Shown here in pieces: positions 51,098 through 63,000 of a stretch of DNA of 64,000 bases; within the stretch, counting starts at the first letter, position 1; each line of letters opens with the position of its first letter. The notes beneath the pieces were generated by a model, which saw nothing but the letters and a program-made list of their open reading frames with translations, searched no databases and was not told the origin of the DNA. The stretch lies in NCBI GenBank assembly GCA_047947115.1, contig CP170459.1, forward strand, positions 3,360,001-3,424,000, read 5' to 3'. The position numbers and the translations under genes are program-made. The DNA comes from Verrucomicrobiota bacterium (GTDB taxonomy: Bacteria; Verrucomicrobiota; Verrucomicrobiia; Limisphaerales; AAA164-E04).

Positions 51098-52168
51098 TCA
51101 CTGGTCTATGTTGTCAAAAATTGATTCTTGACGAACCGGTGCCAGCACGATTCGGAAGCCGATGAATGCCAGCCTTGATTCGGGGGGATGATGCACGCGC
51201 AGGGCTGAACGGCAAAATGAGGGGGAACTGTCCCAATATCCTCCTCGGACTACCCGATCATATCCATCCTCGGGTCCCCATGAATCGGCCAAGGTCCCAC
51301 CGGGTAAGTTGTCAAACCAATCCATGCACCATTCGAATACGTTTCCATGTACGTCATGCAATCCCCAAGGATTCGGTCGCTTTTCGCCCACTGGATGAGG
51401 TTGAAGCCGGCTGTTACCCTTATAACATGCATATTCATGGAGGGATTCATAAAACGGATCATCTCCATAGCTGAATCGGGTGGTCCTTCCGGCACGTGCG
51501 GCATAGGCCCATTCCGCTTCAGTGGGAAGACGATACTCAAAGTCCTCCGTGAGATTTCCCTCCTGACGTTCTTTTAATGTCAATTCATAACAATAATCCA
51601 AGGCACTGAACCAAGTGACGCTTTCCACTGGAAGTTGAGGATCGTTCAAGATCTTGAACCGACTTGGATTGAAATCCATCAATGTCTCGAATTCTCCCTG
51701 GGAGACTTCGTATTTGCTGATCCAATAAGCTCGGGTCAATGTGTTTTCTGTCAAAGGAGTTTCTTTGTCCAAATATCTTCCTTCTTCATCATCCGGGCTC
51801 CCCATCATGAATTTGCCGGGTTCGATGCGCACCATGTGGTCCAAGGGCTTTATAGAGACCCCTTCAATTCTATAAAAAGCGCGGGGTGCCGTATCCATCT
51901 GGATCAGAAATCGCACTGTGCTTTCACCCTTTTCGGGAGATGCACTTTGATCGATTTCCCAGGTAAATAAATCGACACTTTTCATGAGGTGATACAAACC
52001 GCCCGGTTCACCTTGTGTGATGATTTCCGCTTGTTGTGATGACGCGTTTCTTGTTTCGATTTGAAGCCTCAACAAGTCTTGAGCAAAAACCGGGTGTCCC
52101 GGGTTCATTCCCCAAAAAGTGATTGTGAACCAATAGATCCAGATAATTTGAAATTTTTGCATGATCAT
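51098..52168 (-). CDS. Secreted FGE-sulfatase (SUMF1-fold) domain protein, probably non-catalytic
   Basis: GKFMMGSP, KYEVSQ, PVESVTW, RLPTEAEW, NPWGLHDVHGNVFEW, RGG, GFRIV; lacks the FGE catalytic Cys-pair motif. Confidence 0.85.
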   Translation of the reverse strand: MIMQKFQIIWIYWFTITFWGMNPGHPVFAQDLLRLQIETRNASSQQAEIITQGEPGGLYHLMKSVDLFTWEIDQSASPEKGESTVRFLIQMDTAPRAFYRIEGVSIKPLDHMVRIEPGKFMMGSPDDEEGRYLDKETPLTENTLTRAYWISKYEVSQGEFETLMDFNPSRFKILNDPQLPVESVTWFSALDYCYELTLKERQEGNLTEDFEYRLPTEAEWAYAARAGRTTRFSYGDDPFYESLHEYACYKGNSRLQPHPVGEKRPNPWGLHDVHGNVFEWCMDWFDNLPGGTLADSWGPEDGYDRVVRGGYWDSSPSFCRSALRVHHPPESRLAFIGFRIVLAPVRQESIFDNIDQ

Positions 52169-52170
52169 AC

Positions 52171-52851
52171 TTACTGAAAGTAACCCCTGACAGTGTCATC
52201 ACCCAGTTCGGGATCAATGCCCAGCCCTTCCAACCGTTTCACATGGGCATTTTCCACATGCCCATCCAGAAAAAATCCATTCGCCCCCTGACCATGCCGA
52301 CAGTGAACCTGTTTTTCTTCAAAACTCCTGAAATAATGAAACTGTTCACCTTTGAATCCGTCCCTTCCACCGCTTGTCGTGTCGCTCAGGTGCAGGTAAT
52401 CGGAAGGTTGCCGGATGGTTCGTGTATCCAATATTTCCGCAAACACAACCGGACCGTTTGCTGCCGGAGGATCAATCCGCACCCCATATACTCGCAGTCA
52501 ATCCTTCCATTGTTTGGGGGCATAGGATGGGTAAAGGAATAGATTGGATGTCGTGATCGACTGGTGTTGGGCAAGGAGTGTGGCCCATGACTGGTTGGTT
52601 GCTCCCAGAAAATAGATCCGGATTTTGGAGTCGTTGTCATCCAGATAAAGCTGGGTGAATACGCCCAGTTGTTTCAGGTTGTTGACGCACTGGATCTGTT
52701 TGGCCTTGGCTTTGGCCCGACTCAATGCCGGTAAGAGCATGCCCGCCAGTATGGCAATGATAGCAATCACCACCAGCAGTTCGATCAGGGTAAACCCTGT
52801 TTTCCCGGGATGCTCATCCTGATGGACTACCTTTTGATGAGTCGAAACCAT
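52171..52851 (-). pseudogene. Prepilin-type H-X9-DG gene interrupted by an in-frame TGA at 52498-52500
   Basis: The GFTLIELL N-terminal ORF and the RHGQGANGFFLDGH C-terminal ORF are in the same frame (..QWKD*LRVYGVRID..); the conserved CP motif reads YPS. Confidence 0.75.
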
Positions 52852-55800
52852 GTGTTCTGATTGTTTATATTGGCTTGCCAGTTATTCAACCCTACCGTGC
52901 CGGGAACGTCCCGCCATTCCGAGAGAGGATCGGGTGATTTGGATTGCAGGATGATGCCCGGGCCTCCAAGCCAGGATAAAGCGAACGTATCGTTTTCAAG
53001 GACGGGTGGATCCAGCTTGATCTGATGTGTGATCCTGAATACAAGCAGCCCGTCTTCTCCAGCGGCCACATAGGCCAAATCACCCTCCACCACGAGTCCG
53101 TAGGTGTCAACATCTTCAAGATCACTCGAGCCCACTTTTACGAGCTGTGTCGGATCACCATAATCAAGAGCCTGTAATCCTTTTCCTGTGACAAGGGCAT
53201 AGGAGCCATCCATGAGCGCTACGCCCTCCGAAGCCTCCAAATCAATGCTGTCGGTTTGCCTGGGGTGGAGAGGGTCGCTCATATCCACGACTTCGATCCC
53301 GGGAAACAGTTCTCCGTGTGTTGCAAGGAGGGTCGATCCATTCCAGTCCAGTTGTTTGACGGAAGCACCTGGGTAAAATGCCGACAACCACGACGGTTCG
53401 GCAGGGTTTGTGATATCAAGGAATTGGATGCCTCCCCAGTTCTGACTGATAGCCGCTACTTGATTGGCAACTTCGATGTCACTGACCTGCCATTCTGAAA
53501 CGGGGGAGATGAGATTGGACTTCAAGATTGATGGTCCCCTCATTGGGTTTCTCAAATCCACGGACAAAAAGCCTATTGAAGTTCCGATGAATCCCCAGGA
53601 TTTCATAGGGAACAATGCAGAAGTGTCATACTTTGATTTGAGTATTTCCTCCGGAACGTACGGGGTTGCCAGGGAAAAAACTCTGAATGTATCCGACCCA
53701 AGAAACAGATGGTTGCCCTGGATGTTTAATTGATTTGCCCGAACAGGAACATGAGCCATTTTTTTTGGGCTTTCGGGGGATGCTATTTGAATGATTTGTA
53801 TGCCGTCAACGCCGTCTGCCAGGTAGATCAGATCGTTGGAAATGTCCAAGTCGTAGGCAAATCCTTGCCGAGACAATAGTCCGCTTGTGTCAGGCCAGCG
53901 ACCGATGAGTTCTATTTTTACAGGTGGAATGGGGTTGATGGTGACTGTATCGCTTGCAATCTCCTTGTTACCATTCATCACCTGCACCCAGTACTGCGCT
54001 GTTCGATCCACTGATGGCGTAGTGAATGAGGAACGATTGGCATCAGGGATGGGATGGGATTTGTCGGCGCTTGCGCCTTGATACCATTGGTAGCTTAATG
54101 AGCTTGAACCATTCGCTCCCACATTGAGCGTGACCATGTCTCCCTTTGCGATGTGGGTAGAAATCGGATGTTTTGCGATGTTCAATGATTCGGGAACTAG
54201 TTCGAAAATGTTCAAACCTTCAGAGTGTGTTAGCAAAAACGCGTGATCCTTTCCTAATTCAATATTAGTGATCGGTCCGTTGGATGGATGATTTGATATG
54301 ATGATTGGAGATGATGATTGGAGATGATGATTGGAGATGACGGATTGGATACATCGTAAACCGACAAGCCATTCCAGTCTTCAGCGACAAAAAGTTTATC
54401 CTGGCTCAACTCAAGGTCCACGACTTCGTCCGTGTTTGTCTGATGGTACAAGAGTTTCGGCAGGGATGGAACCCTGATATCTGTAATGGCAAATCCGTTT
54501 CTGCTTAAACCCGCATAAACGATTGTGCCGTCTACAGCCAATCCTCCGGTTATACGTCCCGTTTGAGTCCTGTCCCTTGATGGCAGTTGGTAGGAAAAGA
54601 TAAATTCAAACTCGGTTGGAGAAATCGAATCGATGAGAACCAGTTTGTCCAGGGAATCTGAAACAAAGACGTTTTGGATCAGCAGATTTCGATGGAGTTT
54701 CATGCCCTCTGCGACGGCACCACCTCTGGGGATTTCATCCAGCAAGGTGAGGTTGGAAGGATCACTGGTATCAAAGATCCTTGTGTAGTTGATGCGTGCA
54801 TTGTTGATGGGATGGGTCGTTTTATCGGAAACATAAAGTCTTGGTGGATCGTCGGTGGCGGTGAGCTCCACAAAATGAGAGGCGTGACCTTCCTTTGATA
54901 GAACCCACTCTGTGATCGACTGAGGTGATTTGGGATCTGTGACATCATAGACGACCACTTTCGCGATGTCTTCTTCAATGCGGCCGGCGAACAACCGGGT
55001 TTCGGTTGCGGTCAAAAAATCAACATAATGAGCTAATTCAATTTTGCCGAGTAAAGCGGGATGAGCAGGATTCGATAAATCGAGGCACTCAATATATCCA
55101 GGAATAAACCACCTGTAGGAGGGCCGGTTTGATTGGAAAGGTTCTTTGTTCTGGTTAAGGAGATACCCCCGTTGTTCTTCCAGGTGAAACTTGCTGGGTG
55201 TCAGTCCCGTGTCGAAATGTCCAATCAATTGCAGTTTGCCTGCTTCATTCAATTTCAGAATTTGCAACCCACCTTCAAAATCCGCGATGAAAATAACATC
55301 GTCCTGCACCTCGGCTTTTAAAGCTGTTCCGGGGGTGTCGAAGTGATCCATCACTTTCGGCTGAGTCTTGTCATGCACATCGATGACCTGGATTCCAAAC
55401 TGCTTCGAACACAAAATGGCGTGTCCATCCTTAATTTCCATTTCGGGGAAGTCATTCAGGGAAAAGTAAGAGTTTAAAGAATCTGTGGTACCGGTGAGGG
55501 AGGGGGAGTCAGCCTGATTCATGTTCCATATTTGCATGCTATTCACCTTATCTTTCATGTAACGTCCGCTGATGTAAAGATGACCATCCTGGATCTGCAC
55601 ATGATGCACTGGCCACAGACTGTTTTCATTGGGAACAAAAGTGGCAAGGGGTGCAAATTTTCCCGAATCTGATAATTGTGAGATCAACAAGGAACCATAG
55701 TTTGCCTGAACACCCGAAACATAGGCTCGATCCTGTTCGACCGCGACCATACCCGGGCTGCTAAATAAGTGATTGGCTCCGTTGTTGCGCAATGGAAAGA

Positions 55801-56406
55801 CATCGAGTGTCTTTAATTCACTGGCATCACTCACATCCAGCAATCTCAAGCTGGCTTCAGTATGCCCCATGCGTGGTTTCCTTCACCGATGAGCATTCGG
55901 TCTCCTTCGAAGTCAAAACTTTGAATCTCAGTAACCAATGTGTGAGAGCCCATCAAGGCTGGGTGGACGGGATTTCTCAAATCCAGAACAAGCAGTTGTC
56001 CCCGGTATCCTTCTTTCCCATACCGACTATCCCGATGAAACCTGGAAGCCACATAGAGGCGATCATTATGCACGCGCAGCAAACTGGCATATCCTACCCC
56101 GTCTACATTACCCAGGCGTTGAGGCATTGAGGGATCGGATACATCCAAAATCAAAAACCCTCCGTAACCAATGGCCACGTAAGCATATCGATCACGCAAT
56201 GCGACATCGAGCGCCGGACCCCGTGGATGGAGTGGCCATGAAGCAACCTTTTTCAAAACGGGGGATGCAAGTTCAGAATCATGATCGGCCTGTGCAACTC
56301 CGGTAATAGATCTCAACCCTATGGAGAAGAGCATTGCCATCAATACCCCAATCTTTGACAAGCGTTGGTCCGGAAATGGACTCCTCATGGTTCTTTCAGA
56401 ATGCAT
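52827..56406 (-). pseudogene. LVIVD-repeat secreted protein, paralog 3, split into three ORFs by two frameshifts
   Basis: ORFs 55846-56523, 54254-55870 and 52827-54236 are collinear with the intact paralog at 60068-63595; frameshifts near 55865-55868 and at 54302-54340. Confidence 0.8.
54302..54340. repeat. 13-bp tandem repeat (TGATTGGAGATGA x3, plus a degenerate copy at 54289-54301)
   Basis: Read directly from the sequence; it lies exactly at a frameshift of LVIVD paralog 3. Confidence 0.95.
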
Positions 56407-56468
56407 TGCGCTTTGCGTTTTTGAAGGTGAAATCGTGTCCGAACTTTTGCAGGAATCGTTCCAATTGG

Positions 56469-59400
56469 TCACTTTTTTCTTAATTGATACCAGGCGCTTT
56501 CCTCCTTTGGTGATATGATCCATTCAGATTGTCCATCTGTTTCTGAAATATCCTGCCAATTCGGTGTGACCAAGTTGAAAGTCTTCTGTAAGACAACACC
56601 AGGCGCTCCTGTCCATGAGATTTTAATCTGATCTCCCTGAATAGTGGGTGGGCCCATATAAAGTTCATGTGTGATCCGGTAAATGAACAATCCGTTCATA
56701 CCGGCGGCAACAAATGCCAACTGATCCTTTGTGTCCAGTCCGAAGGTATCCTGTGCTGATAGATTTGCGTTACCCACTTCAACCAACTGATTTCGATCTC
56801 CATAATCAAATACTTGCAATCCTTTTCCGGTCACGCACGCAAAGGATCCGTTCATGGCGGCAACTTGGTTGGCATGGGGGAGGTCGGTCGTGGCTAATCG
56901 AATTGGGTGCTCCGGATCAGTCATGTTGACGAGTTCCAACCCTGGATGGTTTTCTCCATGGGTTGCCAGAATCCAGGTATCCTTCCAGTCCAGGTCCTTG
57001 ATCGAAGTGTCGGGGTAATATGCGGATAGGAATCCTGGTTCACTGGGTTGTTGAATGTTTAAAACCTGAATGCCACCCCAACCTTGTGCGACGGCGGCGA
57101 GGTTCTCATGGCGAGTGATATCCGAAATGGCCCACTCAGGTGCCCTGGTCAATACGTCCGATTTGGATATTTGTGGTTCATTCGTTGTATTGTGGAAGTT
57201 AATCGATTGCCAGCCTCCGTGGCCTCCCAAAATGACCTGGTCTTCATTCATGGGAAGAATGATTTCATCGTCAATGGCTGCGGTCATTTTGTTTTCCGGA
57301 AGCAAGGGATGGGAGATATCCAATTGATGTATGGCGTGACCATTGACAAACAGGACCTTTCCATGAACGGATACCTGAAATGCCGTAGATGGAAAATGGT
57401 TGATTTGTTTGGGGTGGGTGGGATCCGTAATGTCCAGAACACTCACCCCGTCCAGACCATCTGCCAGGTAGGCGTACGAGCCTGAAACAGCCACATCAGT
57501 TGAAAATCCGTTCCTCTCTAATTGATTGGGCTCTGCTGGCCATGTTCCGATGAGTTCAACTTTTGTTTTGGGGATGGGAGAAATGACGACGGTGTCACTG
57601 TCGGTCGAAGTTTGTCCATCCGACACGCGAACCCAGAATTGTTCGGCTTGATGGATGACCGGAGTGGTGAATGCAGGTTGTCGAGCATCAACAATGGACC
57701 GGCTGGTGTCGCCGCTTTCCCCGTGATACCATTGGTAGGACAAATCGCGCCATGAAAAGGCTCCGACATGAAGCGTGGTTGATCGTCCGTTTTCCGCTCG
57801 AATCGTTCGAGGCTGCTTCGAGATCCGCACATCATTTGAAAGCGTTTTGAGAACGCTTAAACCACCGCCCTGTTCAAGCACGTAAACAGATTGGTCGGAT
57901 ATGTGAACACTGGTGGCTGGAGTTTTTGTTGGCAAGTGATGGATATGCGCGGGGGAGCTTGGATCGCTGACATCATAAACATTCAGGCCGTTGGTTCCTT
58001 CCGCTGTGAATAAAAAGTTTCCGTGTGCCTCTACATCGGATACTTTTCCCTTTGTTTTCAAACTCGCTTGAAACACAGGATCGGAAGGATCTGAAATGTC
58101 CACAATACTAAAACCGTGCCACCCTTGCCCCAGGTAAGCAAACCCCTCCGAAACATCCAAACCTCCTGTGGAAATCGCCTCGGTTGTCTGTTTGTCCGTC
58201 ATTTGAATCCATTCGCTTACCGGAGAGAGCACTGAACCATCCCCCACATCAAATATTTCCAATCGAGTGAACCCATCGCTTCCGAATGAATTCAGATATA
58301 GATAATTTCCATTGAGTAAAAAACCTCCATCGACGGATATGCCCTTGGTAAGGATGTTATGGACGGGTTTTGGTTGGGACAGGTCGGTCATGTCGAATGT
58401 TCTTATCTGACCATGGAACCGGCCTCTTTCGCGCTCTTGTGACGTTTCCGCGATATATGCAAAGCGCATTGAAGGATGCAATTGAATTTCGGTGGAATCA
58501 GACGGGAACACTTCTTTGGTGAGGTGGGTTTTTGAAACTTCCTGGACCGATTCTGGATCAGAAACATCCAAAATCACCCATTGAGCATTCTGACCTTCAT
58601 TCCATATGAGAAAAGCATGGTTGTTTAAGAATTGAAATGTTTTCAATGGGTAAGGCGATCGGTAAGTGCCTGAGTGTCCTGGCTTGGAGGGTGTCGTCAG
58701 CTCAATGAAATCCAGAGTGGGATGGTTGCCATACTCGTCCGAACTCATAATGATGCCCTTGTCCTTTGCAAACTGTGATGAAACTGGCAGCAACCCTGTT
58801 TCAAATTTGCCGATGATTTTCATCTGGTCCGGATCATTGATATCTATGATTTGGAGTCCTCCATGTGCATCAGCGACAAATGCAAGGTTGTCCTTGATCT
58901 GGATTTGCCTGGATATGCCTGGCGTGTCGATTTGGTTGAAAAGGACTGGTTCTTGCGGATTTCGAACATCGATCACTGAAATTCCGTGTCTTCAAAGACA
59001 TATGAAAGCGAAGCCGTTCTGTATGGCGATGCCGTTTTGTTCATTTGATACGCTGAATGGATTGTAAGGATCTTCACTGCGCGGAATAAGATTAAAATCA
59101 ATTGAAGCCAAAAGAGCGGTTTTCGACATATCCGTGGTGTCCCAAACATTGAATATGCTTTTTGAAATGGTGTTGTTCGGATCCGAATGATCCAAATCAC
59201 GACGCACTTCAAATGTAAGAGGATCCTTCACATGCCATGCCTGTAGCGATCCTGAACCTGTGAATCTTAGGCTTTGCACGAAATCCAATGGATCTGTTTC
59301 ACTCCAGTTGAGAATGTTCACCTTGCCAGCACCGGAGACAAATAAATAATCGTCGCTTTTGATCAGGGATTGGGGATCCAGCGGTAGGTTACTTCTGTTG

Positions 59401-60029
59401 TGACTGTTGATCTGCATCCTGTGAATCAGGGATGGGGATGATGGGGTGCTGACATCCATGATACGTATGCTTGCCTGTGCGTGTCCATGAGCGCCTCCCT
59501 CGCTGAGCAGGAGTCTGTGTTCATCAAAACTCAAACCGAGTATTTCGGAACCCAGAGTAAAGGAAGTTATTTCAATTGGATGGTATGGATCGTCCAGTTT
59601 CAGAACATGTAGATTGCCACGATAGAATCGCTCCTGCTCGAATTGACTTCCTCGATGATGACGCGTTACCACATAAAGATGATTTCTGTGAAAACGTACC
59701 TTGCTGACATGTTGAGAAGAAAAAATGCGATCGATCAAAGTGGGGTGTGTCGGATCACTGACATCTACCAGAAGTAGCCCTGAATCTCCCATGGCCAGAT
59801 AGGCTGTTTCTTGATGAAGGGCTACTTCGCGAACCGACGCTCGGATGTTTTCCGGCCACTGGCCGACTTGTTGGAGCAGGGGCGAACTCGCGCTTCGGCA
59901 GATGACGGACGCTAAAAACAGAAAGCACAACATGATACACCATTTGGGAATTTGTGCCCGCAGGAATTGGTCTGCGTGAAAATTCATCCGTTTTAACAGG
60001 TTCAATCCCTTCATCCCATACCTGGCCAT
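56469..60029 (-). pseudogene. LVIVD-repeat secreted protein, paralog 2, with a single in-frame TGA at 58992-58994
   Basis: ..GFAFICL*RHGISVIDVRNP.. aligns with ..GYAYVCTGIQGLSVIDIRNP.. of paralog 1; both ORFs share a frame. Confidence 0.8.
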
Positions 60030-60067
60030 GGACTATTCTTTAAAATGTCTGGTTTTCCAATATTGAT

Positions 60068-63000
60068 CTATCGTTTGATGAGTTGATACCAGTGACTGGC
60101 CTGAGCAAAGGGAATGAGGATTTCACTTGCTCCCTCGGTATCCGGGACGTCGGTCCAGTTTGGAACAGGCATGGTGGCTGATTGTTGCAGCCATATTCCG
60201 GGAGCTCCCAACCAGGACAAGTGCACTCCATCGGTTTCAACCGAAGGAGGGTTCAATTTGAGTTCGGGAGTGATGCGATAAATCAAAAGCCCGTCCTTAC
60301 CTGCAGCAACGTAGGCGAGGTCACCGTGAATCTCCAAACCATAAGTGTCAAAATCAGAACCATCTGAACTTACTTTGATGAGCCTGGATGGATCCCCGTA
60401 ATCGAATACCGACAATCCTTTCCCGGTGACGGCAGCATAGGAACTCTCCATGAACGCGACTTTATGGGCGTGAGGCTCATTCATGCTTGCAGATGGTTTT
60501 GGATTGGCAGGATCACTCACGTCAATGAGTTCCAGGCCCGGGAACAAATCACCGTGTGCAGCGATGATCCATGAATTCTTCCAGGCAAGGTCCTGAACGG
60601 ATGCATTCGGATAGTAAGATGTAACCAGATTCGGCGAGGTGGGGGAGGTGATATCCAAAATTTGAACACCGCCCCAACCCTGGCTGGCTGCTGCGTAGCT
60701 TCCAGAAGCAGCGATCCCCTTGATGGACCATGTTTCATTTTGCGAGAGCACGTTTGATGGAAAAATTCCTCCAGCTCTCATCGGGTTCCCCTGATCCAGA
60801 GTATTCCATCCATTACCGCCTCCCATGAAAACAAAGTTACCGAACGGCAACATGACCTCCTCGCTCTCTGTGACCAGCACTTCCTGGATTGGTTGGGTCG
60901 GGTTGTCAATGTTGAGTGTTTCATAACCTCTGCCATTGACATGGAGTCGATTTCTTTCAATCGCCACTTGATGGATGTTCGAGGAGTAATGTCCAACCAT
61001 TCTTGGTGCTGTTAAATCACTTGCATTCAAGATGCGCAATCCATCAAAGCCGTCCGCCAGATAAATGTGGTGTCCCGATACGGCCACGTCTGTTGAAAAA
61101 CCCGAGCGGGCAAATGCGTTTGGATCCTCCGGCCAGCGACCGATCAACTCCACTTTCGTCGTCGGAATGGGCGTCAGCACGCAAGTGTCACTGTTGAAGG
61201 TAGACACTCCATCCGTCACGCGGACCCAATACCGTTGTTGTTCTGTGATGGGGTGGGTGGAGATGGTTGGGCGTGTTTCATTCGTGAGCGGCCGGCTTGT
61301 ATCGCCGCTTTCGCCAAGGTACCACATGTAGGAGAGGGGATTGGTGGCATAGGCTTTTACCTGAAGCGTGGTTTGATCACCTAAAGCCAGGCTTCGCGAT
61401 TCGGGTTGATGAATCATCACCACGCCTTTCTTTACGAAACTGTAAACGCCCAATCCAAAACCCTGTTCCAGAACGTAAACATGCGACCCGGACACATCCA
61501 CATTGGTGGCCGGTCCGTAAGTTGTGATGTGATCCAAATGAAAGGGGGCATCAGGGTTGCTGATGTCATATAAGTTCACGCCGTATTCTCCTTCGGCGGT
61601 CAAAAGGTAGTTGCCGTAGATTTCCAGATCCATCACTTCTCCTTGGGCAGCATGATCAGAACGAAAAACGGGATTCATTGGATCGTTCACATCAACCACC
61701 GAGAATCCGTGTTGCCCCTCTCCCACATACGCCATGCCCTTGGTCACATGCAATCCTCCCACTCGACGGGCCTTATTCTTCCAATCATTGTCCGGGAGAG
61801 TTGCTTTTCCAGAACTGGAGGCTTCCAGGGGGACTTCGATTGAAAAGCTCTCCAATTGGTCCTTGCCACCATACACAAAGGAGTTTTGGTAAAGGTGGCT
61901 ACCGTCGATCAACAATCCCTCGGTGACAGCTATTCCTTCAGTGATGAATTGTTCGATGATTTGTGGGTTGGCTGGATTGGAAAGGTTGATTTTGTTGAGA
62001 AAACCTCGGAATCGACTCGAATTTTGCTCAGCTACCATTCCGGTAACATATAGATGTTTCCTGTCTGAGTGGTAGATCATATTCGGAACCGGTGATGTCC
62101 TGAACTCCAGTGGAAGTGTGATTCTGGACAAGGATTGAATGGATGCCGGGCTGCTTGCATCCAGAGTTTCCAGTTTAAAAATGTTGTTGTCCTTGCCGAT
62201 GATGAAAAGCAGGTCATTTGAATACTCCAACGCATCAATCGAGTAAGAAGAACGGTATTCACCGATTTTTGTCGGACTGGCGGGAACAGTCAGATCGAGG
62301 AACTCAATCAATGTTCGGTGACGGCGTTCGTCGGCGCTGTACAAGATTCCAAGGTCACCATCCCTCAGGAATTGGCGGGGAGTTAATCCGGTTTCGAATT
62401 GGCCGACAATGCGCAATTGAGTCGGGTCACTGATGTCAATGATCTGGAGCCCGCCGTGGAAATCGGCCACATATGCCAGACCATTTTTGATTTCCAATTG
62501 GATGGCGTTTCCGGAAGTATCGATTTGACCGACCAAAACAGGCTGGACTGGATTGCGTATGTCGATAACAGATAATCCCTGGATTCCGGTGCAAACATAT
62601 GCGTATCCATTTTGAATCCTCAGCCCTTCGTACCCACCGTCGAGTCCAAAAACTCCATTGGAACTTCCGTCGACCGGCAGAGAGCTGAAATCCAGCGAGG
62701 CCACTCGGGATGGATCTGGAGAATCGCTGGTGTCGAAAACCAAGAACGTGTCGACGAGATTGATCTGCTGAAAGTCGACCCGGCTGAAGTTGCGTCTTGT
62801 TGTATAAACGTATTGTCCGCCTACCTGCCATCCTCTCATGACTCCTTGATCGTAAGCTCTTCCGACCACATTCAGGAATTGAGTGTTTTCCCAATCTGAC
62901 ATTAAGATGGAACTTCCTCCAGAAACAAAAAACTGATCCCCGACAGCTTTGACGGCACTGGGGACGGGTATTTCTTCTCTGCCAAACTTAAGCTGTATGA

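Noticed and set aside
51098..52168. FGE-fold gene as a diversity-generating retroelement target, or as the sulfatase-maturing enzyme
   Set aside because: No reverse transcriptase or template repeat was seen in the window, and the catalytic Cys-pair motif of true FGE is absent.
52498..58994. Stop-codon reassignment (TGA = Trp or Gly) suggested by two in-frame TGAs
   Set aside because: Many intact genes in the window end at TGA at the expected position, the two sites imply different amino acids, and neighbouring genes carry frameshifts, so local decay explains them better.
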